From Gemmatimonadales bacterium (lineage in GTDB: Bacteria > Gemmatimonadota > Gemmatimonadetes > Gemmatimonadales > GWC2-71-9), in contig JBBQFH010000004.1 of assembly GCA_038321865.1 (NCBI GenBank), forward strand, positions 1 to 64,000: 64,000 nt of DNA. The letters run 5' to 3'. The stretch's first letter is position 1, and every line of letters begins with the position of its first letter. The translations under genes were made by a program, and so were the position numbers. Positions 21,318-30,625 of this stretch are shown here, piece after piece. The notes under the pieces were generated by a model that was not told the origin of the DNA, did no database searches, and worked only from the letters and a program-made list of their open reading frames with translations.

Positions 21318-22673
21318 TCACACCCTGACCGCGATGCCCACGATCAGACCGACGATCCCGAGCAGGAACAGCCCGGCGAACAGGCGAAGTGCGAATCCAA
21401 ACCATCGTCCGTAGGGCACGCCGGCGGCGGCAAGGACGGCCATGAGCCCCCCGTTGGTCGGCGTCATCAGGTCGCAAAGTCCGGCGCCAATCTGGTAGCC
21501 GAAGACCGTCATCTGCCGGGAGAGGCCGAGCAGGTCGGAGAGGGGAACCAGGATCGGCAGCGTGAGCACCGCCTGCCCGCTCACGCTGGGCACCGGCACA
21601 TGGATGGCTACATGCATCGCCGCCATCGCGACCGCGGAGACCGCGATGGGCAGTCCCGCGATGGGCAGGAAGAGCGCATGGACGATCGTGTCCAGGATCT
21701 GGCCCTGTTCCAGGACGACGGTGATCGCGCGGGCGAAGCCGATCAGCATTGCCGCGCCGGCCATCGAAGCGAATCCCTCGGCGAACGCCGCCGCAGTTCC
21801 GCTGATGCCGAGGCCACCGGCCAGCCCGGCGGCCACACCCATCAGGAAGAACAGGGCGGACATCTGGTCGAAATCCCACCCCAGCTTCAGGATGCCGACC
21901 ACCAGGACGACGAACGTGATGCCGACGATCGCCAGGATCACGCCGTGACGACCGAGGCCGGCCGCGTCGGCCGCTGGCACTGACGCGGCGTCTGGCGTCG
22001 TCCGGGTGCGAGCCGCGTATCGCATCGTGCCCCAGATCCACAGCGCGAGCGCCGGGACGAGCGTGGCGGTGCGAAACTGCCAGCCGGAGAGCTGCGGGAG
22101 CTGCGCCAGTTTCTCGGCGATCCCCACCTGGAACGGGTTCACCGGACTGAACGCCGCACCCACGGCCGCGGCCCCGACGCTCATCGCGACGGCCGTGACC
22201 GCATCGAAGCCGAGCCGGCGGGTAAGCAGCAGGAGAATCGGCACGAAGGCGATGATCTCTTCCTGCATGTTCTCCACGATGCCGCCCATGGCGAACGCGA
22301 TGCAGGCGACCGGAATGACCAGCGATTCGCGGCGGCCGAGCCCATGGGCCAGGCGCTCTACGGCGCGCCGCAGGGCGCCGGTTCGGTCCACCACGGCAAA
22401 GGCGCCACCGACCAGAAAGACCAGGAAGACGACGGACCCCGCCTCTCCCAGCCCCTTCGGAATCGCGACGATCGCCTGAAAGGGGCTCACCGGCTGCGGT
22501 GCGACCCGGGCGTACGTCCCGGGGACGACGATGCTGCGGCCGGTCGCCGGGTCGTCGCGCCGCTGATAGCGGCCGGCGGGCAGCACGTAGGTCAGCGCCG
22601 CCGCGATCGCGATGCACGCGACGAGCAGCGCGAGCGGGTGGGGGAAGTGAAAACGCCGACGGCCGGATGGCAC
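21318..22673 (-). CDS. YfcC family transporter (C4-dicarboxylate anaerobic carrier-like)
   Basis: PHPLALL, LPAGRY.R, NPFQVGIA, VPSVSGQAVLTLPIL, TPTNG motifs; about 12 TM. Start uncertain (22673 or 22700). Confidence 0.88.
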   Translation of the reverse strand: MPSGRRRFHFPHPLALLVACIAIAAALTYVLPAGRYQRRDDPATGRSIVVPGTYARVAPQPVSPFQAIVAIPKGLGEAGSVVFLVFLVGGAFAVVDRTGALRRAVERLAHGLGRRESLVIPVACIAFAMGGIVENMQEEIIAFVPILLLLTRRLGFDAVTAVAMSVGAAAVGAAFSPVNPFQVGIAEKLAQLPQLSGWQFRTATLVPALALWIWGTMRYAARTRTTPDAASVPAADAAGLGRHGVILAIVGITFVVLVVGILKLGWDFDQMSALFFLMGVAAGLAGGLGISGTAAAFAEGFASMAGAAMLIGFARAITVVLEQGQILDTIVHALFLPIAGLPIAVSAVAMAAMHVAIHVPVPSVSGQAVLTLPILVPLSDLLGLSRQMTVFGYQIGAGLCDLMTPTNGGLMAVLAAAGVPYGRWFGFALRLFAGLFLLGIVGLIVGIAVRV

Positions 22674-22684
22674 GTCGGCGTCGG

Positions 22685-22957
22685 CTACGCCGGCCGGCAA
22701 GCGCGCCGGTAGGGGACGGTGTTCGAGCAGGCGATTCGATCATCCATGCCGCTGGAGATGGTGCCGCAAGCGGTGTCCTGAGCCCGCTGCATTGCATCCT
22801 TCTCCGTTTCGGCCGACGCCGACGCCTCGTTGCGCGCACCGCGGAAGTCGACGCCGACCGTGCACACGACTTTCTGGCTCGACAGCGTGCCGTACAGCAG
22901 GAAAGCCGCGAAGGCCGCGACGATGAGGACAGTGAGCAGCTTGCTGCGGCTGGTCAT
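22685..22957 (-). CDS. Small membrane-anchored hypothetical protein with 4 Cys
   Basis: GGAG RBS, N-terminal TM, four Cys in the soluble domain. Confidence 0.7.
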   Translation of the reverse strand: MTSRSKLLTVLIVAAFAAFLLYGTLSSQKVVCTVGVDFRGARNEASASAETEKDAMQRAQDTACGTISSGMDDRIACSNTVPYRRACRPA

Positions 22958-23021
22958 GGTGGGCTCCATGCGAGGGCGGTGCTGGAGAATACTGCGGGAC
23001 GGCGCGGCGGCAAACCTCGAA

Positions 23022-23047
23022 GGAACCCGCCGTGCCCGCCCGCTGTT
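23022..23047 (+). promoter_or_regulatory. ECF sigma (SigR/SigH-type) promoter candidate
   Basis: GGAAC-N18-GTT upstream of the anti-sigma gene. Confidence 0.5.
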
Positions 23048-23097
23048 CACCGACGTATCGGCCCCTTCGGCCGCCTACGCCACCGGGGAGACGCGAT

Positions 23098-23331
23098 GTG
23101 ACCGTCGACTGTACCGACGTGCTGGAACATCTCTGGGAGTTTCTCGATGCCGAGCTGGGCACCGAAGACATCGCGAGCATCATGCGTCACGTCGGCACCT
23201 GCCAGATGTGCCGGGAGTCGTCCGCGCACCACCGCGCCTACCTCGAGCTGCTTCGTCGCCAGCGCGCATGCATTGCATCGGCGCGCCTGCTGTGGCAGGT
23301 CAGGGTAGCGGTGCGCGCATCTGCGCTCTGA
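23098..23331 (+). CDS. Zinc-binding anti-sigma factor (zf-HC2, RsrA/RshA-like)
   Basis: C...LWEFLDAEL...HVGTCQMC (HxxxCxxC); GGGGAG RBS and GTG start. Confidence 0.85.
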   Translation: MTVDCTDVLEHLWEFLDAELGTEDIASIMRHVGTCQMCRESSAHHRAYLELLRRQRACIASARLLWQVRVAVRASAL

Positions 23332-23337
23332 CGCGCG

Positions 23338-24060
23338 TCAGCCGGCCCGGAGCGCGCCGAGCAGCGCCGGCAGCATCCCCACCAGCCAGACGATTGCCGC
23401 GGCGCTGACCGCCTGCGCGGTGCTCGCCCTGGCCGTGACCTTGAGCCCGATGGCCATCAGTGCGGCCATCCAGATCGTGAACAGGTCGATGTGGCCTAGC
23501 GCCGCCATCGTCGTCATGCCGGCCGACGAATCGAGAAACCGGGCGGGGCCGAGGCTGACGCTGTAGCGCGATGTGATGGCGCCGTCGGGCAACACGAGTG
23601 CCTGGAGCGCGTTCACCAGCAGCTCGACCAGCATCGGATAGAGCGCGAAGGTCGCCACCATCATGGCCTGGCCAAGCGTCTCCCGAATTCCCACGACCTT
23701 CGACGCGATCCACAGCACCAGGCCGGCAAGCAGCGGGCCGACCGAGCCGACGAGAAACAGCCCGATGCCTGCCCATTTTGGAGCAGCCTCCTTGATGCGG
23801 TCGAACATCTCCGGCGGAGCCGTCGGCATCTTCTTCATCATGGACGGCAGCATGCGCTTCCATTCGGCATCCATGACCGGCTGCATCGCGGACAGCGTCG
23901 CGTAATAGATGGCGGTCATCGCGATGGCGAGGACGACCAGCGCCACCCCGAACTCGGCGCCCTCGGCACGCCGGGCGAACACCGCCTTCGGGGCGTAGTA
24001 GATCTCGACCAGGTCAGACAGCCCCGGTTCGTCGGGCTTTACCGCGGTCGTGTCCGTCAT
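23338..24060 (-). CDS. Yip1 family membrane protein
   Basis: IYYAPKAVF N-terminal motif, about 5 TM, DLFTIW. Confidence 0.8.
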   Translation of the reverse strand: MTDTTAVKPDEPGLSDLVEIYYAPKAVFARRAEGAEFGVALVVLAIAMTAIYYATLSAMQPVMDAEWKRMLPSMMKKMPTAPPEMFDRIKEAAPKWAGIGLFLVGSVGPLLAGLVLWIASKVVGIRETLGQAMMVATFALYPMLVELLVNALQALVLPDGAITSRYSVSLGPARFLDSSAGMTTMAALGHIDLFTIWMAALMAIGLKVTARASTAQAVSAAAIVWLVGMLPALLGALRAG

Positions 24061-24077
24061 CTCCGGTTCTCCATCGG

Positions 24078-25490
24078 TTAGAGAAGCGTACCCCGCAGCA
24101 TCAACAAGGCCACCGAGAAGTAGATGATCAGGCCGGTCACGTCCACCAGCGTGGCCACGAACGGGGCCGACGCGCTCGCGGGATCAAAGCCCAGCCGCCG
24201 GAGAATGAACGGCAACATGGATCCCGTCAGCGAGCCGAACGTCACGACGCCGATCAGTGAGAACCCGACCGTCAGCGCGATGAGCAGATGGTGGGGGCCG
24301 TAGTCATATCCGATCACTGCCCAGTGCCGGTCGGAGGCGAGCTGCCAGAGCAGAATCCGGAGCACGCCGATGGCGCCGAGGATCACGCCAAGTACCAGGC
24401 CGGCCGGGAGCTCCCGGACCGCCACACGCCACCAGTCACGGATCGTCACCTCGCGGAGGGCCAGCGAGCGGATGATGAGGGACGTGGCCTGTGAGCCGGA
24501 GTTGCCGCCCGAGCTGATGATCAGCGGCATGAACAGCGCCAGGACGACGGCGCGGCTGATTTCCCGGTCGAAGTGCCCCATCGCCGTCGCCGTGAGCATC
24601 TCGCCGAGAAACAGCGCGCAGAGCCACCCCGCCCGTTTCTTGATCATCGCGCCAAAGCCGATCTGCATGTAGGGCTCGTCGAGCGCCTCCATGCCGCCGA
24701 ACTTCTGCACGTCTTCGGTCTGCTCCCGAATCAGCGCATCGATGATGTCGTCCACCGTCACGATGCCGAGGATGCGGCCGCCGTCGTCGAGGACGGGGAT
24801 GGCCAGCAGATTGTACTTCGATATCAGCCGGGCGACGTCCTCCCGATCGGTCGTGGCGCGGACCGAGAGCGGCTTCCGCACGTCGCCGACCCGGATGATC
24901 GGGCGGTCGGGCGGCGCGATCATCACCTCGCGAAGCGACACGACGTGCAGCAGCCGCTGCGTCGCGGGGTCCTGCACGTAGATGGCGTATACCGTCTCCT
25001 TCGCCTCGCCGACCGCGCTGATGTAGCTCTTGACCCGCTCGGCGGTCCATTCCGCCGGCACCGCGACGAATTCGGTGGTCATGATGCCCCCCGCGCTCGT
25101 CGGCGGGAAGCGGAGCAGGAGCTTCAGCGCATCGCGGGTGGGGGCGGTGAGGACGTGGATGAGCCGGGCACGCGCGTCGGGGCCGAGCTCGCGGAAGAGC
25201 TCCACCTGCTGGTCGGCAGACATCGCTTCGAGCAGGGGGCCGGCCTGGGACTGTTCCAGCTGCTCGAAGATGTCGCCGCGCCGCTCGAGCTCCGGCTCGT
25301 CCAGGAGCTGGACTCCGCGATGGAACGGCAACGCGGCGACGACCCGCGCGGCCGCTTCCACCGGCAGGGCGTTGAGCGCCTCGGCGATGTCGGCGGGGAG
25401 CAGGTCGGCGCATGCGGCCTGGAAGTCTTCCTCGTCGGCCGAGAGCAGGTACAGCAGCTCGGGCGAAGGGGCGGTCGATTGGGGTGGCAT
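24078..25490 (-). CDS. mgtE: Magnesium transporter MgtE
   Basis: N-domain, CBS pair (SAGGIMTTE, GIVTVDD), GGNSGSQ, DPASASAPFVATLVDVTG. Confidence 0.96.
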   Translation of the reverse strand: MPPQSTAPSPELLYLLSADEEDFQAACADLLPADIAEALNALPVEAAARVVAALPFHRGVQLLDEPELERRGDIFEQLEQSQAGPLLEAMSADQQVELFRELGPDARARLIHVLTAPTRDALKLLLRFPPTSAGGIMTTEFVAVPAEWTAERVKSYISAVGEAKETVYAIYVQDPATQRLLHVVSLREVMIAPPDRPIIRVGDVRKPLSVRATTDREDVARLISKYNLLAIPVLDDGGRILGIVTVDDIIDALIREQTEDVQKFGGMEALDEPYMQIGFGAMIKKRAGWLCALFLGEMLTATAMGHFDREISRAVVLALFMPLIISSGGNSGSQATSLIIRSLALREVTIRDWWRVAVRELPAGLVLGVILGAIGVLRILLWQLASDRHWAVIGYDYGPHHLLIALTVGFSLIGVVTFGSLTGSMLPFILRRLGFDPASASAPFVATLVDVTGLIIYFSVALLMLRGTLL

Positions 25491-25544
25491 GATCGCCCCC
25501 GGGATGCGATGGTGGTGGCCGCCGGCGGATGCGGCGGCGTCAGC

Positions 25545-25946
25545 TCAGCGCGGTGCGGCCGCCGCGGCTGCCCGCGGGAGGTTGGCGGTCTCGCTGCCAC
25601 GCTTGCCGTCGTCGATCGGGAGCACCATCGTGCGCCAGCCGCTCCGGAACTGGATCGTCAGCCGGTGTCCCAGCGAATCGGCGGTGATGTTGGTGACGTC
25701 GGGCAGCGTTCGTGCGTACTTCACCGCGGCATCGGCCTGCGCCACGTAATCGGCGCGCGATTCGCCCTGGAAGGCGCGGCCGAACTCGCGGGCGATCGCC
25801 ATCGCCTCGGCCTGCTCCGAGCCGTACCGCGCGTACTGATCCGCCGGCACATATCCCTGCTGGCTGCGCAGCTTGGGATACTCGTCATAGGAGGGGCACG
25901 CGGTCAGCACGAGCGTGATGGTGAGCAGGACGGGGAGCCGGGTCAT
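25545..25946 (-). CDS. Putative lipoprotein
   Basis: MTRLPVLLTITLVLTAC lipobox; AGGA RBS. Confidence 0.75.
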   Translation of the reverse strand: MTRLPVLLTITLVLTACPSYDEYPKLRSQQGYVPADQYARYGSEQAEAMAIAREFGRAFQGESRADYVAQADAAVKYARTLPDVTNITADSLGHRLTIQFRSGWRTMVLPIDDGKRGSETANLPRAAAAAAPR

Positions 25947-26077
25947 CAACGGTCCTGTGGTTCGGGGTCGTATCGAAAGTGGTGCGCGTGACGCTCGGCA
26001 CATCGTTGAGGGTGGATGTTAGCTTGTATTGATCGGTCGCCGCCAGTGTCGGCGCATCACTTCAACTGGAGCGCACC

Positions 26078-26956
26078 GTGCCCCTGGGTCTCACGAAATC
26101 GTCCCGGCCGCTTTATCGCCTGGTGATGTCCGTCACCATCACCGCCCTCCTCGCCTCGACTGCCATCGGCTCCGCAACTGCGCAGGTGCCGGATTCGGCC
26201 AAAAAGGCCCAGCGGGATTCGACGATTACCGCGATCAAGGATACGATCAAGAAGGAGGCGCGGCAGGAGGTCGTCGCCACCGCGCATGTGATCCGGTGGT
26301 ACGAAGTCGCCGGCGCCGTGGCCGGCGTCGCGGCGCTCACTGCGGTCGACGAGCCGATCCAGCGCTGGGCCCAGCGGCATCGTTCCAAGACCAGCGACAA
26401 TATCTCCTCGGTCTTCCGCCAGGAAGGGGAGCCCATCTACTACGCCGGCGTCAGTCTTGGCGTGCTCGCCGTCGGAGTCGCGGCCGGCAGTGCGGACATC
26501 CAGCGCGCCGGCGGGCGCATGGTCGCGGCGGTCGGGGTGTCGGCGATCGTCATGGGGGGAACGAAGATGCTGGTGGGACGCTCGCGGCCCAACGAGGGCG
26601 TGGGCGCGTTCAAGTTCCACCCCTTCACCTCGCTCAAGGACTCCGCGGGGATCCAGACGCGCGGGTCGATGCCGTCCGGCCACACCACTGCGGCGTTCGC
26701 CATCGCCACGTCCCTGGCCGACGACGTACACAGCGTGCCGCTGCAGGTGCTGCTCTACACCTTCGCCGTCGGCACCGCCTACTCACGGATCAACGACAAT
26801 CGCCACTGGTTCAGCGACACCGTCGCGGGTGCGGTGCTCGGCATCGCCTCGGCCAAGCTGGTCAACGGCCACTGGCGGATCTTCGGGCTCAAGCCGCCTG
26901 GGGTGCTTCTGACTCCGACGGGGACGGCCACACTCCAGTGGACCGGCACCTTCTGA
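26078..26956 (+). CDS. PAP2 family phosphatase
   Basis: KMLVGRSRP, SMPSGHT, SRINDNRHWFSD motifs; signal peptide. Confidence 0.9.
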   Translation: MPLGLTKSSRPLYRLVMSVTITALLASTAIGSATAQVPDSAKKAQRDSTITAIKDTIKKEARQEVVATAHVIRWYEVAGAVAGVAALTAVDEPIQRWAQRHRSKTSDNISSVFRQEGEPIYYAGVSLGVLAVGVAAGSADIQRAGGRMVAAVGVSAIVMGGTKMLVGRSRPNEGVGAFKFHPFTSLKDSAGIQTRGSMPSGHTTAAFAIATSLADDVHSVPLQVLLYTFAVGTAYSRINDNRHWFSDTVAGAVLGIASAKLVNGHWRIFGLKPPGVLLTPTGTATLQWTGTF

Positions 26957-27893
26957 CGCAGCGACCGCGACAGAGACGAGGGGTCACGACCGCCACCGCG
27001 AGCGCGACGGCGAGACCGCCGAGCGCATCCACCCCGTAGTGGATCTGGCCGTACACCACGGCGAATACGATGCCGATCGTCGGAACCGCAAGGACGAGCC
27101 CGAGGCGGCGTGAGCCCCGGTAAGCGAAAATGGTGGCGACGACACTGGCCGCCACGTGGCTCGACGGGAACGCGGAGCCCCAGGCGTCGGCCCGCGTGAG
27201 CAGGAAATGCACAACCCGCGCCGGCCACACCTCCGAGGCGGCGTTGTGGGGTAGCGGCCATTCATAGAGGGGCCCGGCCACCGGAAAGAGCAGAAAGGCC
27301 AGGTAGCAGGCGAAAAACGTCAGCGAGATCGCGAAAATGGCCTGACGTGCGGCCTGTCGCCGGGCGAGCAGCCAGAGCCCTGCCGGCGCGGCGACGACCA
27401 GGAAGTAGTACGACAGGTAGGAGAGGTGCAGCACCCAGGAGAGACCCGGTGAGGGCATGGCCCGGATCCAGTCGTAGGCGACCTGCCGTCCAAACACCGC
27501 CAGCTCCCACCGCTGAACCACGTAATCGAACGCGACGGTGCTCGACCCGCTGGCCCCCGTGTTCAACAGCCCCACCCCGGCATACAACCCCACCATCACC
27601 ATCACCGGATACCACTCGGCGACGAACGAATCCTCGGTGCGCGAGCGGTCGCGGACGACCGGGGCGAGCAGCGCGAACAGCAGCGCCAGGAGGTGCGATG
27701 CGATCAGGCACTCGGTCTCCCAGCGGGTCGGTCGGGCATCGCGCCAGTTATTGACGTGCGCGACCAGCAGCACCGACGCCGCCGCGACATACAGCAGGGT
27801 CAGGCGATCGAGCGCGGACAGGCCGAGAAACGGCCCGCTGCGCGCTCGTGGCACCTGTTCGGCCTGCGGTACGTTGCCGGCGACCAGCGTCAT
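26889..27893 (-). CDS. PAP2-like membrane phosphotransferase (Aur1/IPC-synthase-like PAP2_3)
   Basis: LFPVAGP, AFPSSHVA, VYGQIHYGVD motifs; multi-TM. Confidence 0.85.
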   Translation of the reverse strand: MTLVAGNVPQAEQVPRARSGPFLGLSALDRLTLLYVAAASVLLVAHVNNWRDARPTRWETECLIASHLLALLFALLAPVVRDRSRTEDSFVAEWYPVMVMVGLYAGVGLLNTGASGSSTVAFDYVVQRWELAVFGRQVAYDWIRAMPSPGLSWVLHLSYLSYYFLVVAAPAGLWLLARRQAARQAIFAISLTFFACYLAFLLFPVAGPLYEWPLPHNAASEVWPARVVHFLLTRADAWGSAFPSSHVAASVVATIFAYRGSRRLGLVLAVPTIGIVFAVVYGQIHYGVDALGGLAVALAVAVVTPRLCRGRCVRRCRSTGVWPSPSESEAPQAA

Positions 27894-28112
27894 GCTCCAT
27901 CCTTCATGATCGTGAATAGCCGGACCGGTGCGAAATCCGTTCCACTGACGGGGAGCGGGCGGGGCGGGTTTCGCCGGGCGCGTCCCGCCGGGGCCAGGCC
28001 AAAGTTACCCCAGCCCACGAGCCGGGGCGACCGGCTGCGGCCATTGTGTCCCGGGATTTGCCTTCTCCAACGGCCGGCGAGAGATTTTCGCCACCATGCT
28101 GCATCCCGCGTC

Positions 28113-29624
28113 ATGAACGGACTTCGGTCCCTCCCGCCCGCGCTCGTGCTCTTCCTGCTGGCGGCCTCGACGAGCTGCGGGCGCTCGCCGCCGGCTCGAT
28201 CGATGATTCTCGCCACGACGACCAGCGCCCAGGACAGCGGCATCCTGGATTCCCTGGTGCCGCTGTTCCACCGGCAGACCGGGATCGCCGTCAAGGTGAT
28301 CGCGGTCGGAACCGGCGCCGCGCTCGACATGGCGGCGCGGGGCAACGCCGACGCCGTGCTGGTGCATGCCCCGGGCCTCGAGCGCCGCTACGTGGAACGC
28401 GGCGAGCTCACCGGTGGCCAGCTCATCATGCACAACGACTTCGTGATCGTCGGCCCGCCGGGAGATCCGGCGGGAGCCGGTTCGGCCGGTGGGCTCGATA
28501 CGGCGCTCCGTGCTATCGCGGCGCGCGGCTCGTTCGTGTCCCGGGGTGACGGTTCCGGCACCGAGGCGAAGGAACTCGAGCTGTGGAGAGCGGCCGGCTT
28601 GTCTCCCGATTCGGTGCTTCGGCGGGAACGTACCGGTCAGGGCATGGGGGCCACGCTCCTGATCGCGGATGCACATCGTGCTTACGCGCTCACGGACCGG
28701 GGCACCTACCTCGCGTTTCGATCCCGTCTGGCGCTGGTGGTCCTGGTCGAGGGGGATGCGCGGCTTCGCAACATCTATCATGCGTACATCGTCAGCCCGA
28801 TTCTGCATCCGGCGGCTCATGCCGCCGAGGCGCGCGCATTCGTGCGGTTTCTCACTGCCTCGGGGACGCAGCAGTTGATCGGCCGGTTCGGGCGGGCCAG
28901 GTACGGCGAGCCGTTGTTCACCCCCGACGCGTCCGTGGGCGCTCGGGCGCCCGCCGATCGGTCGGGGCCTGGGCGCAGCGCAACCGACCCCGAGATCTGG
29001 GGCATTGTCCTCCGGACACTCGCCATCTCCGCGCTGGCTACGCTGGCGGCGATGCTGGTGGGCGTGCCCCTCGGCTATGCGCTTGCGCGTGCCCGGTTCC
29101 CGGGTCGCACCCTGGTCGTGACCGCGGTCAACACCGGCATGGGCCTGCCCCCGGTCGTGGTGGGCCTCGTCGTCTGGCTGGTGCTGGCGCGAAGCGGCGC
29201 GCTCGGGGCGTGGGGTCTGATCTATACGAAGGAAGCGATGGTCCTGGCGCAATTCATCATCGCGACGCCGGTGGTGATCGGCGTGACGTCCGCGGCGATC
29301 CAGTCGCTGCCGCCGGAGCTGCCGGAATTGCTCACGACACTGGGCGCGGGGCGGCTCCGCACCATCTGGCTGATCAGCCGCGAAGTCCGGCTGGGGCTGC
29401 TTGCCGCGGTGATGGCCGCCTTCGGCGCCGTGGTGTCGGAGGTCGGCGCCTCCATGATCGTCGGCGGGAATCTCCAGGGTGACACCCGGGTCCTGACGAC
29501 CGCGATCGTCACCGCCACCGGCCGGGGAGAGCTCGGCCTCGCGCTGGCGCTGGGACTGGTGCTGCTGGGCCTGACGTTCGCGGTAAACGGCTTTCTGACC
29601 GTCGCCCAGCAGCGCCGCCAGTGA
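28113..29624 (+). CDS. Fused tungstate ABC transporter substrate-binding protein and permease (TupA-TupB)
   Basis: Lipobox, ATTTSAQDSG, VGTGAAL, SRGDGSGT, GQGMGATL, LTDRGTY (TupA), then in frame DPEIW...MGLPPVVVGL...SEVGASMIVGGN...TRVLTT (TupB). Confidence 0.88.
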   Translation: MNGLRSLPPALVLFLLAASTSCGRSPPARSMILATTTSAQDSGILDSLVPLFHRQTGIAVKVIAVGTGAALDMAARGNADAVLVHAPGLERRYVERGELTGGQLIMHNDFVIVGPPGDPAGAGSAGGLDTALRAIAARGSFVSRGDGSGTEAKELELWRAAGLSPDSVLRRERTGQGMGATLLIADAHRAYALTDRGTYLAFRSRLALVVLVEGDARLRNIYHAYIVSPILHPAAHAAEARAFVRFLTASGTQQLIGRFGRARYGEPLFTPDASVGARAPADRSGPGRSATDPEIWGIVLRTLAISALATLAAMLVGVPLGYALARARFPGRTLVVTAVNTGMGLPPVVVGLVVWLVLARSGALGAWGLIYTKEAMVLAQFIIATPVVIGVTSAAIQSLPPELPELLTTLGAGRLRTIWLISREVRLGLLAAVMAAFGAVVSEVGASMIVGGNLQGDTRVLTTAIVTATGRGELGLALALGLVLLGLTFAVNGFLTVAQQRRQ

Positions 29625-29646
29625 GCTGCGCCGTCGGGACGCGCTG

Positions 29647-30621
29647 ATGGACGTCACGGTGCATGACCTGCGCGTCGTGCGGCGAGGGCGCCTGGTGCTC
29701 GACGTCCCCTCGCTCACATTCGGGGAAGGCAGCACCACCGCGATCTTCGGCCCTAACGGCGCGGGGAAGACCACGCTCCTCCGGGCGATCGCCGGCCTCG
29801 AGCGGCCAACGAGAGGTGAGGTCCGCATCGGCGGGGCGCCCGGCCACACCGCGCGGCGGCCGATCGCGTACGCCTTCCAGTCCGCCGTTTTCATTCGCGG
29901 CAGCGTGCGCCGCAACCTGGCCCTCGGTCTCGACCTGCAGCGGATACCGCCGGCGCAGCGCGACCTCCGCGTCGCCGCCGCAGCGCGCGAATGCACGATC
30001 ACTGGGCTGCTCGAGCGCTCGGCGCACGAGCTGTCCGGCGGCGAGGCGCAACGGGTGAACCTGGCGCGGGCGCTGGCGCTCGAGGCGCCGGTGACGCTGC
30101 TCGATGAGCCCCTGGCCGGGGTCGACCGCGCCTCCCGCGCGCAGCTGCTCGACGAGTTGCCCGCCCTCCTCGAGCGATTCGCGACGACGACGATTCTCGT
30201 GACGCACGATCGCGACGAGGCGTTACGCCTGGCGGACCACCTGGTCGTGCTGTCGGAAGGAAGGGTGCTGGCGGCCGGTTCGAAGCGCGCGCTTCACGCC
30301 GCGCCACCGGACGCGGATACCGCTGCGCTGCTCGGCTATGCGGTCCTGCGTGTGGGTGACCGGGAACTCGCGGTCCCGGCGGGGGGTTTCCGCCTCGGGG
30401 CGACCGTGGACGGCGCGCCCAGGGTGGTGCTGCGCGTCGAGCGCGTGCTCGATACCGGACGGCAGCTGCAGGTGATCGGCACCGCGGGCGGCACGCGCAT
30501 CGAGGTGCCGGTCCTCCCGGGCGCACTGCCGCCGGAGCCGGGTACCGAGGTGGACGTGACGATCCACGAATCGGTCCCGATTATCTTTGCGCCCTCACAT
30601 CCCGAACCCGAGCAGCGGTGA
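29647..30621 (+). CDS. tupC: ABC ATPase of the tungstate transporter (TupC-like)
   Basis: GPNGAGKTT, LSGGE, LLDEP, THD; follows tupAB. Confidence 0.85.
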   Translation: MDVTVHDLRVVRRGRLVLDVPSLTFGEGSTTAIFGPNGAGKTTLLRAIAGLERPTRGEVRIGGAPGHTARRPIAYAFQSAVFIRGSVRRNLALGLDLQRIPPAQRDLRVAAAARECTITGLLERSAHELSGGEAQRVNLARALALEAPVTLLDEPLAGVDRASRAQLLDELPALLERFATTTILVTHDRDEALRLADHLVVLSEGRVLAAGSKRALHAAPPDADTAALLGYAVLRVGDRELAVPAGGFRLGATVDGAPRVVLRVERVLDTGRQLQVIGTAGGTRIEVPVLPGALPPEPGTEVDVTIHESVPIIFAPSHPEPEQR

Positions 30622-30625
30622 CACG

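Noticed and set aside
26889..26956. Convergent 3' overlaps (the two PAP2 genes; also 33024-33075 at pqqE)
   Set aside because: Short low-complexity tail overlaps are common in compact high-GC genomes; no sign of a frameshift in conserved domains.
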